From assembly GCA_018992565.1 (NCBI GenBank), contig JACVGW010000002.1, positions 1-64,000 of the forward strand: 64,000 bases of DNA, in the 5' to 3' direction. The stretch comes from Theionarchaea archaeon. GTDB lineage: Archaea; Methanobacteriota_B; Thermococci; Methanofastidiosales; SZ-28-30. The notes beneath the pieces were generated by a model. It worked only from the letters and a program-made list of their open reading frames with translations. It was not told where the DNA came from and ran no database searches. Positions 37,116 to 47,102 of the stretch are shown piece after piece (positions within the stretch are counted from its first letter, which is position 1; each line of letters opens with the position of its first letter). Made by a program: the position numbers and the translations under genes.

Positions 37116-38806
37116 CTGGGACGCCTCATGAAAATATACACAACCAAACCACCGATGATCACCATGAGAAAGATGTCAATCCACGTCAGTCCTCCCGCCA
37201 CTGCCTGTTTGCTTATTATGCGCGGAATGGTCCCCGTGCCTGATTCGCCCCCTTCATCTTCCGATAGGATCTTCTTGATGAGGGCAGCCATTCGCAATTC
37301 TTCAAGTTCTTCGTACAACCCTTTGGCCAGCTTCAACAGGGCGAATGCTTCTTCCACGTTTCCTTCCTGCAGAAGGTTCATTGCTTCATCGAAATACTGA
37401 GAAGCCTTTATCAGTTTGATGTACCTGTTGGTTTCTGTTACCATGGCATCAAAATTGCTGCTGAGGTACATCTCTTTGGCCTGCTGAAACATGGTGATTG
37501 CAGTATCAAAATCTCCGCTCTTATAGGCACCTTCTCCCTGATCAAAGTAGTTCTTGGCCGTATCCTCCATTTTAACCAGGAGCTGCTCCTGCAGTTTCTG
37601 TTCGTCACCGTAGTGGTCAATATAGTACAACGTGACAGCCACTACATAGCTCCCCAGAGGAGGCAGCGAGGTAAAGTATCCTTCAATATCCACGGTCCGT
37701 GATTCTTCTGCTACCATCTTGTCTGCTACATAGTACTGGGGAAGCAGTCCGTCAATAGTGAACTTCTCCGGTTCTACCACGATCTTCGCATTGGAGATTT
37801 CTGTAGGCCCGTGATTTGTTACCTGTGCCCTCATGAGTACAGGAATCTTGTAAGGAACACAATTGTTGACATAGCAGCTGCCCAGCTGGAGGACAAAAGT
37901 CTCTGCCTCAAATTCTGCACACTCAAAGAGCCCGGGTGTGGTGCGGGGCGTACCTGTTGTCACTGTGGTGACATCAGTAGCAGAATCACTGCACTCTCTT
38001 GAGGTGGATCGAGCAGTAATGATGGTAGTATCAATGACCCCTTCCTGGGCTGATGACGGAATTTTTATGGCAAGTATGACGGGGAAACATTCATCAGGAG
38101 CCAGCAAATCCGTCGAAGCCACCACTCGTGTTTCTGTGGTGTCCAGGACTTTGTTGTTGTTCTGGTCCCAGTAGACGGTGATCTCCCAATCCTGGCTGGA
38201 TTCTGTCTCGATGGTGAAGGTGTCCTGTTCCGTTCCAAGGTTGCAGATGCGGTGGGGATATGTGAAGGTTGTTCCAGGTTTTGCTTTTCCCGTACTGTCG
38301 GGGATGACACATACATTACAGGGATTTGCAAACCACGCTTTCAATGACACATTTGAGGGTTCTCTGAGTACTTCGAACGTAATAAATTCAGTGAGGTCAA
38401 AAGGAATAGCATCAGGGCAGGCCTTGACTTCTCCTTTCAACGTGATGGGGACGACATACCTTCCTTCTGGGGCATCCGGTTTGAATCGAATAATGAACTC
38501 AAACTGACGTGCTTCTCCAACTTCATGGAGAGAGAACTTGTCTGACTGCCACTGGAGGAAGGTGATATACTCCAGCCCTCGTGCACTGGGATGAGACAGG
38601 TCCAGGTAGACTGTGCCCTCGCAGACTGTTGTGCCCCCCTGTGTTCTCTCCACGTTAACGGTGAAGCTTACTGTGTCTCCGGGATGAACGATCATATGGG
38701 AGGGCGATACCGTCATTGCAGGCTTTCTCGGCTGTTCCTGTTGGTATGAAGGCATGCTCCATGAAAGCATGAGTATGAGGAAGATGATGCAAATTCTGTA
38801 TTTCAT
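37112..38806 (-). CDS. Cell-surface protein with Ig-like domains, TPR-like helices and C-terminal TM anchor
   Basis: Signal peptide; beta-sandwich repeats; AKNYFDQGE...AITMFQQAKEMY helices; TM helix followed by RRPR. Confidence 0.7.
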   Translation of the reverse strand: MKYRICIIFLILMLSWSMPSYQQEQPRKPAMTVSPSHMIVHPGDTVSFTVNVERTQGGTTVCEGTVYLDLSHPSARGLEYITFLQWQSDKFSLHEVGEARQFEFIIRFKPDAPEGRYVVPITLKGEVKACPDAIPFDLTEFITFEVLREPSNVSLKAWFANPCNVCVIPDSTGKAKPGTTFTYPHRICNLGTEQDTFTIETESSQDWEITVYWDQNNNKVLDTTETRVVASTDLLAPDECFPVILAIKIPSSAQEGVIDTTIITARSTSRECSDSATDVTTVTTGTPRTTPGLFECAEFEAETFVLQLGSCYVNNCVPYKIPVLMRAQVTNHGPTEISNAKIVVEPEKFTIDGLLPQYYVADKMVAEESRTVDIEGYFTSLPPLGSYVVAVTLYYIDHYGDEQKLQEQLLVKMEDTAKNYFDQGEGAYKSGDFDTAITMFQQAKEMYLSSNFDAMVTETNRYIKLIKASQYFDEAMNLLQEGNVEEAFALLKLAKGLYEELEELRMAALIKKILSEDEGGESGTGTIPRIISKQAVAGGLTWIDIFLMVIIGGLVVYIFMRRPR

Positions 38807-39010
38807 GATTTTGTCTAGGAGGTTCTAGCTTTTAAGGTTTTCTCATTAAAAGTGGGCGCTGCAATCCCGGCTATTGTAAGAGCCCTGGCATTGCCTTTAG
38901 TCATTGAAAGGTTCCATAGTCAGCAGTGAGACATATGCAGATGCATGGTGTGGTGGGAGTCACGGAGTGCGCTTGTATGCCATCTTCCTGGACTAAAACA
39001 GCCAGATATT

Positions 39011-39796
39011 CTATAAATCTAACAGATGTGCCAGAGTTTTTCCCAGAATCTGCTGTGAGTCCTCATATGAAAGCTCAAGTTCACGAAAGGAAGTTAAAGC
39101 GTCGACTAACTGGTGATGAGGGTAGTTGGAACCGAAAACAACGCGATCTGCACCCATTTGTTCAACTAGCCATTTTATCTGGGGAATATAGGGGCTTCTC
39201 CTGAATATAGAGGTAAGAGTGCTCAGCTCAAAGTAGACGTTCTCCATCCCCAATTTCCTCTTTTCCACATATACATAGCAGTCCAGAAACTGAACTCCTC
39301 CTGTGTGGGCCAGGATGAAATTCGTGTCAGGGCTGCTGCTTACTAGGTTGTACAGATTCTCTGATTCTCTGGTATCGTATGGGAAGGAGGAATGAATTAG
39401 TATTGGCATATTCAAGTCCGCAGCTTTCCTGACCAGAAGGTGCATCATGTCATTATCGCACCTGAAGTTCTGCATGAGAGGGTGCAATTTGATACCTTTT
39501 AATCCCAGACTACAGCATCTTTCCAGTTCCTGGATTGCTTTCTTTCCCTGGGCAGGATGGACTGAACAGAATCCCACCAGTCTTTCAGGCATTTCGTTGA
39601 CAGCAGTCGAAACTGCAGTATTTCTCTCTTCTGTGAGAGATATTCCTTCCTGCGGGGCCACTGTAAATACAACAGCCACATCTACTGCTGCAATATCCAT
39701 CTGCAGTGTGAAATCATCCAGCGCACTCTGGTCAAGAGAGCTACCAGAACACGCCAGGTGAACATGGGCATCAATGACGTCAGGGAGAGTATTCAT
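39011..39796 (-). CDS. Amidohydrolase family protein (amidohydro_2)
   Basis: IDAHVH, GIKLHP, ILAHTGG and VVFGSNYP motifs. Confidence 0.88.
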   Translation of the reverse strand: MNTLPDVIDAHVHLACSGSSLDQSALDDFTLQMDIAAVDVAVVFTVAPQEGISLTEERNTAVSTAVNEMPERLVGFCSVHPAQGKKAIQELERCCSLGLKGIKLHPLMQNFRCDNDMMHLLVRKAADLNMPILIHSSFPYDTRESENLYNLVSSSPDTNFILAHTGGVQFLDCYVYVEKRKLGMENVYFELSTLTSIFRRSPYIPQIKWLVEQMGADRVVFGSNYPHHQLVDALTSFRELELSYEDSQQILGKTLAHLLDL

Positions 39797-40004
39797 GTCT
39801 GTGTTTTGCGGGATGATTTAAAAGGTTCTGCCTCGCCTGATAGGCTGAGGTTCTATCTCATGTCGGCTTTTCTGCACAGCTTCAGGTACGGATTTAGGTA
39901 ATGTGCAGGAGAATGAACTGATTTTTGAAACCATGTTACCAGGTGGAGGAGGATCCCCTGCAAAACCGAAAAGCTTATAACATGGTAGTACGAAAGAGCA
40001 GCGG

Positions 40005-40385
40005 GTGAAAGACATGTATCAGCCGGAAGAGATCAAGGACTGTGTCAACGGAGTAGATGGTGCATTCCTTCTGGAGAATGGTGCACCTGTTTTTTCAGAT
40101 ATTGATTTTGATGTACACCGTGTATGTAACATCTTCTACTACTTGAAGATGTACCTAGATGAGAACTGCAGAGCCTCGCGAATATACGTCATTGGTCACA
40201 ACAGGGATGCGATTTTCTATCTGAAGGATAGCTATACTCTGGGCGTGAGGATTTCCAAAAATGTCAACATCCACTTGTTGCACCGCACTGTCGGTAAAAT
40301 ACTTAATCATTCAGGAATCAAAATAAAGAATGAACCTCAAAGAGAGAAGACAGGTAAAAAAGTAAGATTCTTTCTGACTGAGTAG
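40005..40385 (+). CDS. Hypothetical protein, possibly roadblock/LC7-like
   Basis: VNGVDGAFLL...G start with an alpha/beta pattern; preceded by AAAAGCTTATAA. Confidence 0.45.
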   Translation: MKDMYQPEEIKDCVNGVDGAFLLENGAPVFSDIDFDVHRVCNIFYYLKMYLDENCRASRIYVIGHNRDAIFYLKDSYTLGVRISKNVNIHLLHRTVGKILNHSGIKIKNEPQREKTGKKVRFFLTE

Positions 40386-40429
40386 TTTCACGATAATCTT
40401 TCCTCCTTTCTTTCCTTTTTTTGTTACTT

Positions 40430-41209
40430 CTACTTGCTGAGAACGACCAGTGCCTTCTTCTTGACATCCAGGAATCTTGCTGCATCCCCTTTATTCTGTG
40501 AAAGAGTCACCATGCCATCAGAATCCTCGTACAGGAGGAGCTCTCCTGGACTCACTTCTCCAAAGGTTCTGGCATGACGAACATTGATTATTTCTCCTCC
40601 GATTTCCACAGGTATCCGTTCCTCCTGAGGGACCATCCAGGCAGGTATATTGGTCTGAAGGTTGCCAAACCTATCAACACGCAGCACGATCCCTCTGATT
40701 TCTGTTTCACTTTCTTGAGGAAGAGGAATCTGTACGACACTAAGATCATTATGTGCGAGAAAAGGTCCGAACTCAGAGAGAGATATTCCCTTTGCTAGGT
40801 ACCCCGCGGCAGGTGCAAATATATCCCTCCCATGGAAACTGTATGATACGGGATGTAGCATATACTGCTGGTTCTCTAATGCAACTGCGTTCCTGAATTT
40901 CAGAACATCTATAGCTTCTGTCAAGATCCCATTGTCAGGTCCAACAAGAATATCACCACGTTCTGTCTCTACAGCAATTCCCCTCCTTTCAGTTCCTACT
41001 CCGGGGTCTACCACTGCCAGATGTACCCCTACTGGAGAATACTTCACAAAGTTCTTGAGCATAAGAGCTCCTTCTTCAATATCGAACACATGACTATTAT
41101 GGCATATATCAACAATATCTGCTCCAGGACAGATTAAAAGCAGAACAGCCTTACACACCCCGACAAATTCCTGGTCCAGCCCGAAATCAGAGAGAAGACT
41201 TATAAACAT
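40430..41209 (-). CDS. SAM hydroxide adenosyltransferase (DUF62, chlorinase/fluorinase-like)
   Basis: LLSDFG, VVDPGVGT, GPDNG, FHGRDIFAP and DRFGN motifs. Confidence 0.93.
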   Translation of the reverse strand: MFISLLSDFGLDQEFVGVCKAVLLLICPGADIVDICHNSHVFDIEEGALMLKNFVKYSPVGVHLAVVDPGVGTERRGIAVETERGDILVGPDNGILTEAIDVLKFRNAVALENQQYMLHPVSYSFHGRDIFAPAAGYLAKGISLSEFGPFLAHNDLSVVQIPLPQESETEIRGIVLRVDRFGNLQTNIPAWMVPQEERIPVEIGGEIINVRHARTFGEVSPGELLLYEDSDGMVTLSQNKGDAARFLDVKKKALVVLSK

Positions 41210-41252
41210 GCACCAACAAACCCCACACACCTAATAAAGCTGAGGGTTACTC

Positions 41253-41756
41253 ATGGAGATAAAGTCAGATTCAGAAGTATTCGAAGAAATCACTAAAGAG
41301 TACAACCGAGATCCTGAAGGCAACTGGAGAATGACAGCCTTCAAGGATGAGAAAGGCCGCTACGATCTGTATGTGGTCAAAGGCAGGAAATTCTGGCAGG
41401 TCAAGACCGAATTCATAACACCTCACAGGTACATTGGAGTGGGTGGGAGAACCACCACGAGGGAACAAGAACCCCAGTTTACCTTCGGGCTGCGTCCTCT
41501 GCCCAGAAAATATGTCAAGAAACTGGTGGAAAATGCCCAGAATGGGGAGATTTCGGAACACCTGCTGACTGAAATTATGAAGATACCTCCTGCCCCTACA
41601 ACAGAGTTATCAGAAGAGGACCGCATTCTCCAGGGGCCAGTGACCTACTCTCCTCTGAATGGGATATCTCCCTCTCAGAGAACTCTTAACAGAAAACTTG
41701 CATGTGAGCTGGACAGGTTGCTCTTCAAAGAACAGGTGGGCAGCATGTATCGCTAG
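41253..41756 (+). CDS. Hypothetical archaeal protein
   Basis: Clean 167-aa ORF filling the space between neighbours; no motif I can name. Confidence 0.65.
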   Translation: MEIKSDSEVFEEITKEYNRDPEGNWRMTAFKDEKGRYDLYVVKGRKFWQVKTEFITPHRYIGVGGRTTTREQEPQFTFGLRPLPRKYVKKLVENAQNGEISEHLLTEIMKIPPAPTTELSEEDRILQGPVTYSPLNGISPSQRTLNRKLACELDRLLFKEQVGSMYR

Positions 41757-42025
41757 AACATGGCGACAATGGAAGGGAGAAGCTGGACCAGTAAATACAA
41801 CATAAAGATTATTATCAAGATCTCCAGGACTTTTCTTGTAAAATCGAACCCTGCCCTCAGCAGTACCAGAATAATGAGGATTCCAAGTTCATCTACTGCA
41901 TCTGGAGGGACAAACCCTGCAGTGAATTCAGATACCATGTCAGCAAGGAGCTCACATATATCCATGACCATCTTCACAATCTGGAGGATGAATTCCGTCG
42001 TACCAAGCAAGAGCATACTAATCAC
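41753..42025 (-). CDS. Small membrane protein
   Basis: Two to three hydrophobic helices; upstream TTTATATA on the minus strand. Confidence 0.6.
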   Translation of the reverse strand: MISMLLLGTTEFILQIVKMVMDICELLADMVSEFTAGFVPPDAVDELGILIILVLLRAGFDFTRKVLEILIIIFMLYLLVQLLPSIVAMF

Positions 42026-42415
42026 CGTAGTTAAGTAATATTGGTGAGCTATAGTATATAAAGGTTTCGGTTACAAATAGAGAAAAGGTACAGGGTCATG
42101 GAAGAAATCGCATACTTTGAGCAGGATACCTGAGCAGATGGGAGGTTCATGTCTCTATGAATATGGTTGAGTGGAAGATCATTCTGGAGAGTATTTGTCT
42201 TTTTGTGACATTTTCAATGAGAAATGAGATTTAAGGCAAATAAAAAGCCGTGGGTAGATAATAGTCCAGCAACAGTATGGCGATCCAGCCCCACCACGAT
42301 GATTTCTCATATATACTGGCCGATGGGGAGAATTTCAAAGTGCACCGATATACATATAAGCTCAAAAGCAAAAAGAAATAACTGAAGCCCCATATTATGA
42401 CGAGATGTGACGTTC

Positions 42416-42997
42416 ATGAGTCCCTTAGAGGTTATGATTCCCAGTGTTCGCCTGCCTGTCACAGAAGAGATCTTCTATGATAGCGTGAAGGATACCTATA
42501 GAAATGTCAAAGGTATGCTGGCTCTCAGCCAGCAGTTCTACTTTTCTGCTCTCAATGCCTTCAAAGCGACAGCAGGTTCCAGGGATGAATCGATGCTGAG
42601 AATACTTGCCGATCACTCCGATCTCAAGAACGAATTAAGGGAGAAGCTGTCTCTTGCTGGAATGACTCAGATAGACATTGCTCTGGAACCAGGCAAAGTT
42701 GAGATAGTGTATCCCAAATACGATATGAGGTATGAGTACAGAGAAACCGGCATGTATAATACAGTCTATGTAGAGAATCCCGTTGGAAACCCAAAAAAAA
42801 TTCTCCGGATCGAAAAAGAGGGCAGTACTGCTCCTGGCATATTTTCTGTGGGGAAAAAAGACTCGTGGTTTATGAAGGAGTGGCCAGAAGTCCTGGTGTA
42901 TCTTGACGCGAAATATTTCAAGAAGAGGCTCGATGCGCTACTTGATTTCTTTAATATTCCTGGGGATTGGTTTGAGAAGGCCGTGTCATCTCTCTAG
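42416..42997 (+). CDS. Hypothetical protein
   Basis: Long ORF with normal composition; no recognisable motif. Confidence 0.6.
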   Translation: MSPLEVMIPSVRLPVTEEIFYDSVKDTYRNVKGMLALSQQFYFSALNAFKATAGSRDESMLRILADHSDLKNELREKLSLAGMTQIDIALEPGKVEIVYPKYDMRYEYRETGMYNTVYVENPVGNPKKILRIEKEGSTAPGIFSVGKKDSWFMKEWPEVLVYLDAKYFKKRLDALLDFFNIPGDWFEKAVSSL

Positions 42998-43116
42998 CTC
43001 TTGCTGCAATCCGGAGCTATTTTGATACGTCTCTCTGAACCTGGTGGTTTCTCTCTGTCTTTTTGGCTCTTGCAGGGGGCTGCATTCTCTTTAATGCAGA
43101 AAAAAGAAAGCAGCAG

Positions 43117-43425
43117 TCACTTTTTCACTCCCAGAAGTGTGATCACTGAAAAGGTCAGAGTGATCATGAGGAAGACAAAGACCGCGCCGAACAGAAAAAC
43201 CAGAGAAATTATGATATCTTTGAATTCTGGGCTGATCTGGAGCAGTAATGGAGACAGGATATACCCTGCAAAGAAGAACAGTATCAAGTACAGGGACCGG
43301 TTCCATTTCTCACCTACTTCTCCTCCGGGAATGGCCTTTTTCAACTTGAAAGCTCTATACACATTAGCCGCCATGACTGCGGTGGCAAGCACACTCAACA
43401 TATAGTAAATCATGGCAAGATTCAT
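43117..43425 (-). CDS. Small three-TM membrane protein
   Basis: Three hydrophobic helices; ATGA overlap with the upstream gene. Confidence 0.7.
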   Translation of the reverse strand: MNLAMIYYMLSVLATAVMAANVYRAFKLKKAIPGGEVGEKWNRSLYLILFFFAGYILSPLLLQISPEFKDIIISLVFLFGAVFVFLMITLTFSVITLLGVKK

Positions 43426-44207
43426 GATGGTTCCTCCTCAATTGCTTCTCTCAGTCTCTGCGAGAGTATCTTGGCTTTTTTCTTGTCATAGAAAAGGTAG
43501 GTGATCTTCTCGACCTCTGAAATTGCTCTCAAAAGCTCCTGTTTGTCAGATCCCGATTCTTCAAGCATACTGACGATTTTCTCAACAGGTTCTCCCAATA
43601 CATCAGTGACCACCTCCTTCAACCTGACAGCAAGATCAGGCTTCTTTCCACCGTATACCGAAAGCACGATGTTTTTGCTGGGGAGGCTCAGGAACCAATC
43701 AATGCATTCAGCACTGCTAATGAGTTCGTTTTTTCTCTGGCAGATACAGTATTCAGGAAATCCCCTCTCTAAGAGTATGTAGCAGAGTCCCTCTTCTGAA
43801 GTCAAAGTCACTACTCCGGTGAACAAGTTGTCCCCCAATTGAACCAGCAGCTTCTTGATGTCCATGTTTCTAGCAACTGTGTCTTCAAGCAGAGGATCAC
43901 TCGCACAGATGTGATAGTTTATGTGCACGACTTCCTTTTTCAATCGGTAGCACCCTATGAGTGCTTGCTGGGTCTTCAACTGATGGAGGATTTCAGCATA
44001 TGCAACTGGATAGGTGTTTGTGCTGGTACATCTTACAGATAGGATGGTTTCTCCGTGGTCCAGTAGTATGACAGCTCGATCATCTGGAAATTCAAGTTCG
44101 AGGAATCCTGTGGTTTTTTCCTCGCGCAGTGTACGAAGAAACCTCTCCATATATAAGATGGACGATTTCATATCGTTCCATACTGGATCGTTTTTTAGGA
44201 GGAGCAT
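43422..44207 (-). CDS. Protein with two tandem DUF4388/DUF2226-like domains
   Basis: Internal duplication: FLRTLREEKTTGFLEL...ILLDHG versus LLVQLGDNLFTGVVTL...ILLERG. Confidence 0.6.
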   Translation of the reverse strand: MLLLKNDPVWNDMKSSILYMERFLRTLREEKTTGFLELEFPDDRAVILLDHGETILSVRCTSTNTYPVAYAEILHQLKTQQALIGCYRLKKEVVHINYHICASDPLLEDTVARNMDIKKLLVQLGDNLFTGVVTLTSEEGLCYILLERGFPEYCICQRKNELISSAECIDWFLSLPSKNIVLSVYGGKKPDLAVRLKEVVTDVLGEPVEKIVSMLEESGSDKQELLRAISEVEKITYLFYDKKKAKILSQRLREAIEEEPS

Positions 44208-44772
44208 AGACTGATCACCTGCACTTCATTTGAGAATCTTTGATCTTGTGTCTCCTCTCCTTTATAAGAGTTGCGGACCTGTCACCACGCGAATAGTCGG
44301 GTTCATGGAGAAGACCCGAGTCAAGGTATCTTGAAGCAGCAGACCTCCTTCGACGTGCGCGGCCCATAGAAGACCTGTTTCGCCGGAACTGCCGGAATCC
44401 TAACGATTTAATACACAGAGCGAATGTCTCATCGCTATAGTGGTGGACAACTGCAATCGTTTGTTACTACAGAGTGTAAGGAATGTGCTTTTGCATACCA
44501 TTGCACTATCTACGAGAATGGTCGATATAATATGAAGCCTGCAAGAAGACTTCCATAGGTTGTCAAAACGTAGACATCTGGCGACACACAGATGGTCAAC
44601 CTTTATATAGAATGAAACACACATAGACTGAATACATTCTGCACAGGCAACCCTTCTGGACAGTCTGCTCTTTTCGGCGGGAGAACATGTCAGGACCGCC
44701 AAGTGAACTCTCTCTGCAATTAACAGTTGCATTCTGAAATATTCCAGAAGAAAAAGCCATGGAAGTGAGGGA

Positions 44773-46176
44773 ATGATCGTTAACGTCTTTGATGAACGTG
44801 CACCTGGCAAACACCAGGCTGCTCCTCTGGAGAGAGGACAGAATGTGGTGATTGTGGAGATCAAGAAGACTATGACCATGAGGGAGGTAGTCTCCAAGAT
44901 TGTAGAAGAAATCAAGGCGAGAGGGGGCGGGCCGGAATCAGTCTCAATCATGCGGTTTTTTGGCCACGGGAATGCTGGAATGATGGAATTTGGCAGAGAT
45001 CTTCAATACTGGAATGTAGAACCTTTCAGAGAACTGGCAACATACCTCGATCCCAATGGAAAAGGTCTTGAATTACATGGATGTTACACAGCGAGTGCTG
45101 TTTCCGTTCCTGGCCAGGATTGTTCGAAACCGGGAGCATTCTATCCCCGTGAATCTCAGCCAGGGTACGTCGGGCTGGGATTTGAACTACTCTTGGCTTT
45201 GTCAACCGTTCTGAATGCACCGGTGACAGGTGGAATCAACTGCCAGTATGAAGATCCAGCCCACAAGCTTGAGGGACCCACCATATCAGTGTCTCCTTCA
45301 GGGACGACCATGCGAAATGTCCCCATTGACAGGTATGATGACAGAGGCCAGTCTGCTCAGAAGAAGCTTCAGCCAACTCTTTCAGATAGAATAAAGGTAT
45401 TGCCAGAGACTGAAGACCGTGGACATTCACCTCAGGTTCCAGAATCTGATCTCTCGGAAAGAATTAGAATATTGCCGGATTCTGATGACCCCTTCCATAG
45501 ATTTGGTGCTGACACGTTGGCAGAGGTCCCGGCACAAGAATTCGATCCTCTGGACTCCTTTGATGAATGTGGCAAGAATAGAATGATAGATCCTTTCCAG
45601 ATTGATGACAGCCCAATAACCCCTTCAGCCCTGAACCCACTTTCTATATATGGTGCTGACAGGTTAAGAGATGTCCCAACCCATGATCCTCTTCATTCTC
45701 CGAACCCATTCAATAACAGCCGTCATGATCGAATGTTTGATCCTGTCCATACTGATGACAGGCCAACAACCCCTTCAGTCCTGAACCCATTCTTCAGATA
45801 TGGAGCTGACAAGTTAACAGATGTTCCAGTGCATGACCCTTTTCATTCTTCGAATCCTGACCCATTTGGCAGGGTTGGCCAAGATCGAGTGATAGATCTG
45901 CTCCATGATGATAGCAGTGATCATAACAGATCTTTCAATCCATTTTCTATATATGGTGCTGACACGCTAAGAGACGTCCCGACCCATGATCTTCTTCATT
46001 CTCCGAACCCATTCAATAACAGCGGTCATGATCGAATGTTTGATCCTGTCCATACTGATGACAGGCTGATAACCCCTTCAGCCCTGAACCCATTCTTCAG
46101 ATACGGCGCCAACCAGCTGACACATACGCCCCAGAATACCCCCTTGGAACCCACAAAAAAGAGGCGTCTGAAATAG
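44773..46176 (+). CDS. DUF4347-like (caspase/CHAT-clan) His-Cys protease domain with a C-terminal ~50-aa repeat tail
   Basis: MRFFGHGNAG...LELHGCYTA...GFELLLALSTVLNAPVTGG in the first ~177 aa, followed by repeats. Confidence 0.6.
   Translation: MIVNVFDERAPGKHQAAPLERGQNVVIVEIKKTMTMREVVSKIVEEIKARGGGPESVSIMRFFGHGNAGMMEFGRDLQYWNVEPFRELATYLDPNGKGLELHGCYTASAVSVPGQDCSKPGAFYPRESQPGYVGLGFELLLALSTVLNAPVTGGINCQYEDPAHKLEGPTISVSPSGTTMRNVPIDRYDDRGQSAQKKLQPTLSDRIKVLPETEDRGHSPQVPESDLSERIRILPDSDDPFHRFGADTLAEVPAQEFDPLDSFDECGKNRMIDPFQIDDSPITPSALNPLSIYGADRLRDVPTHDPLHSPNPFNNSRHDRMFDPVHTDDRPTTPSVLNPFFRYGADKLTDVPVHDPFHSSNPDPFGRVGQDRVIDLLHDDSSDHNRSFNPFSIYGADTLRDVPTHDLLHSPNPFNNSGHDRMFDPVHTDDRLITPSALNPFFRYGANQLTHTPQNTPLEPTKKRRLK
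45487..46120 (+). repeat. Intragenic tandem repeat: four full ~150-bp units plus a partial fifth
   Basis: Units begin at 45487, 45634, 45784, 45937 and 46087, each with (D/N)P(F/L)xx(Y/F)GA(D/N)xL. Units 2 and 4 are nearly identical at DNA level. Confidence 0.9.
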
Positions 46177-46224
46177 ATGTTGAACGACCAGCATCTCAAG
46201 AGGTCACGACCGCGTCTTTAAGAC

Positions 46225-47043
46225 ATGGAGGAGGAAATAGTGTTTGACATTGAGATTCTCCTGAAAGAGGGCAACCCACAAATCCCTGCAAGCCCCAGAA
46301 GCTGGCGCCTCTCTCTGCCAGCAGACGTCGAAGTGAAACACATACTGGAAATTCTCATTCCCAAATTGGGATTGCCGACGCATAGGGCAGATGGGACCCC
46401 CTTGAGATACAACATACAGCATCTGAAGACTGATAGGACACTTTCTCAGAGTGAGACACTTGACCTCGCAGGTGTTGTTGACAGAGATGTCTGTCTGCTC
46501 CTGGCTTACCCAGTCTCTGGAAAATCCACTAGAACACAGTCTGCAGCAGGGCACCAAGCACAAGAGACACGCCCTCAACAGAGGCCGCTCACCCAGAGGG
46601 ACTTGCCTGTGAGGGAACCTGAGACTTTTCCGTTGTATGTTCCTTCGGACCTTCTATATAGCAGTCACCACCTGTGGATTGATGTATCCTCAGGCCGTGT
46701 AGGGATCACTCATCTTCTGGCTCGGAAGATGTCCATAATTCTGTCTGTAGGCCTGCCAGAACAGGGCGGGGAAATCTTTCCAGGTCAGACAACTTCTACC
46801 ATATGGTTTCTCAATGAATCTATGTATGAAGGCGAAATATCCTTACCTTCTCCGTTTCACGGGGTTATTAAAGACATTAACAAGGATATCACTGAGAGGT
46901 TCCTCAGGGAAGCGAAATCTGAGTTGATACTTGAAGATCCTTACGGCAGAGGGTGGTTATTCGCGATTCAGGTCTCAAAGCCTGTCGAGCTGGATATGTT
47001 GATGGATGCTGCGGCGTACCAGAGATTTGTCGGCATAGTCTGA
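46225..47043 (+). CDS. YukD/EsaB-like ubiquitin-fold domain fused to a glycine-cleavage-H-like domain lacking the lipoyl lysine
   Basis: N-terminal LPADVEV...LGLP...ETLDLAGVVDRDVCLL; C-terminal YSSHHLW...VGIT...SPFHGVIKDIN...EDPYGRGWLF...LMDAAAY. Confidence 0.7.
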   Translation: MEEEIVFDIEILLKEGNPQIPASPRSWRLSLPADVEVKHILEILIPKLGLPTHRADGTPLRYNIQHLKTDRTLSQSETLDLAGVVDRDVCLLLAYPVSGKSTRTQSAAGHQAQETRPQQRPLTQRDLPVREPETFPLYVPSDLLYSSHHLWIDVSSGRVGITHLLARKMSIILSVGLPEQGGEIFPGQTTSTIWFLNESMYEGEISLPSPFHGVIKDINKDITERFLREAKSELILEDPYGRGWLFAIQVSKPVELDMLMDAAAYQRFVGIV

Positions 47044-47102
47044 TGTATGGCGTCTCAGGGTTGACCAGACAACCTTTAAAGGGACTATCCTTACCAGTGA
47101 GT

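Noticed and set aside
44424..44558. 44-aa ORF with CKEC...HC upstream of the protease gene
   Set aside because: No SD, and the nearest TATA-like element is too close for a leaderless start. It cannot be distinguished from chance.
45487..46120. Periodic DNA repeats as a possible CRISPR array or DGR template/variable pair
   Set aside because: Units are ~150 bp, in frame, with no repeat-spacer structure. Differences are not adenine-specific, and no cas or reverse transcriptase gene is present.
46150..46176. C-terminal PTKKRRLK resembling a eukaryotic nuclear localisation signal
   Set aside because: Short basic tails are common in this window's proteins, and the protein has no secretion signal.
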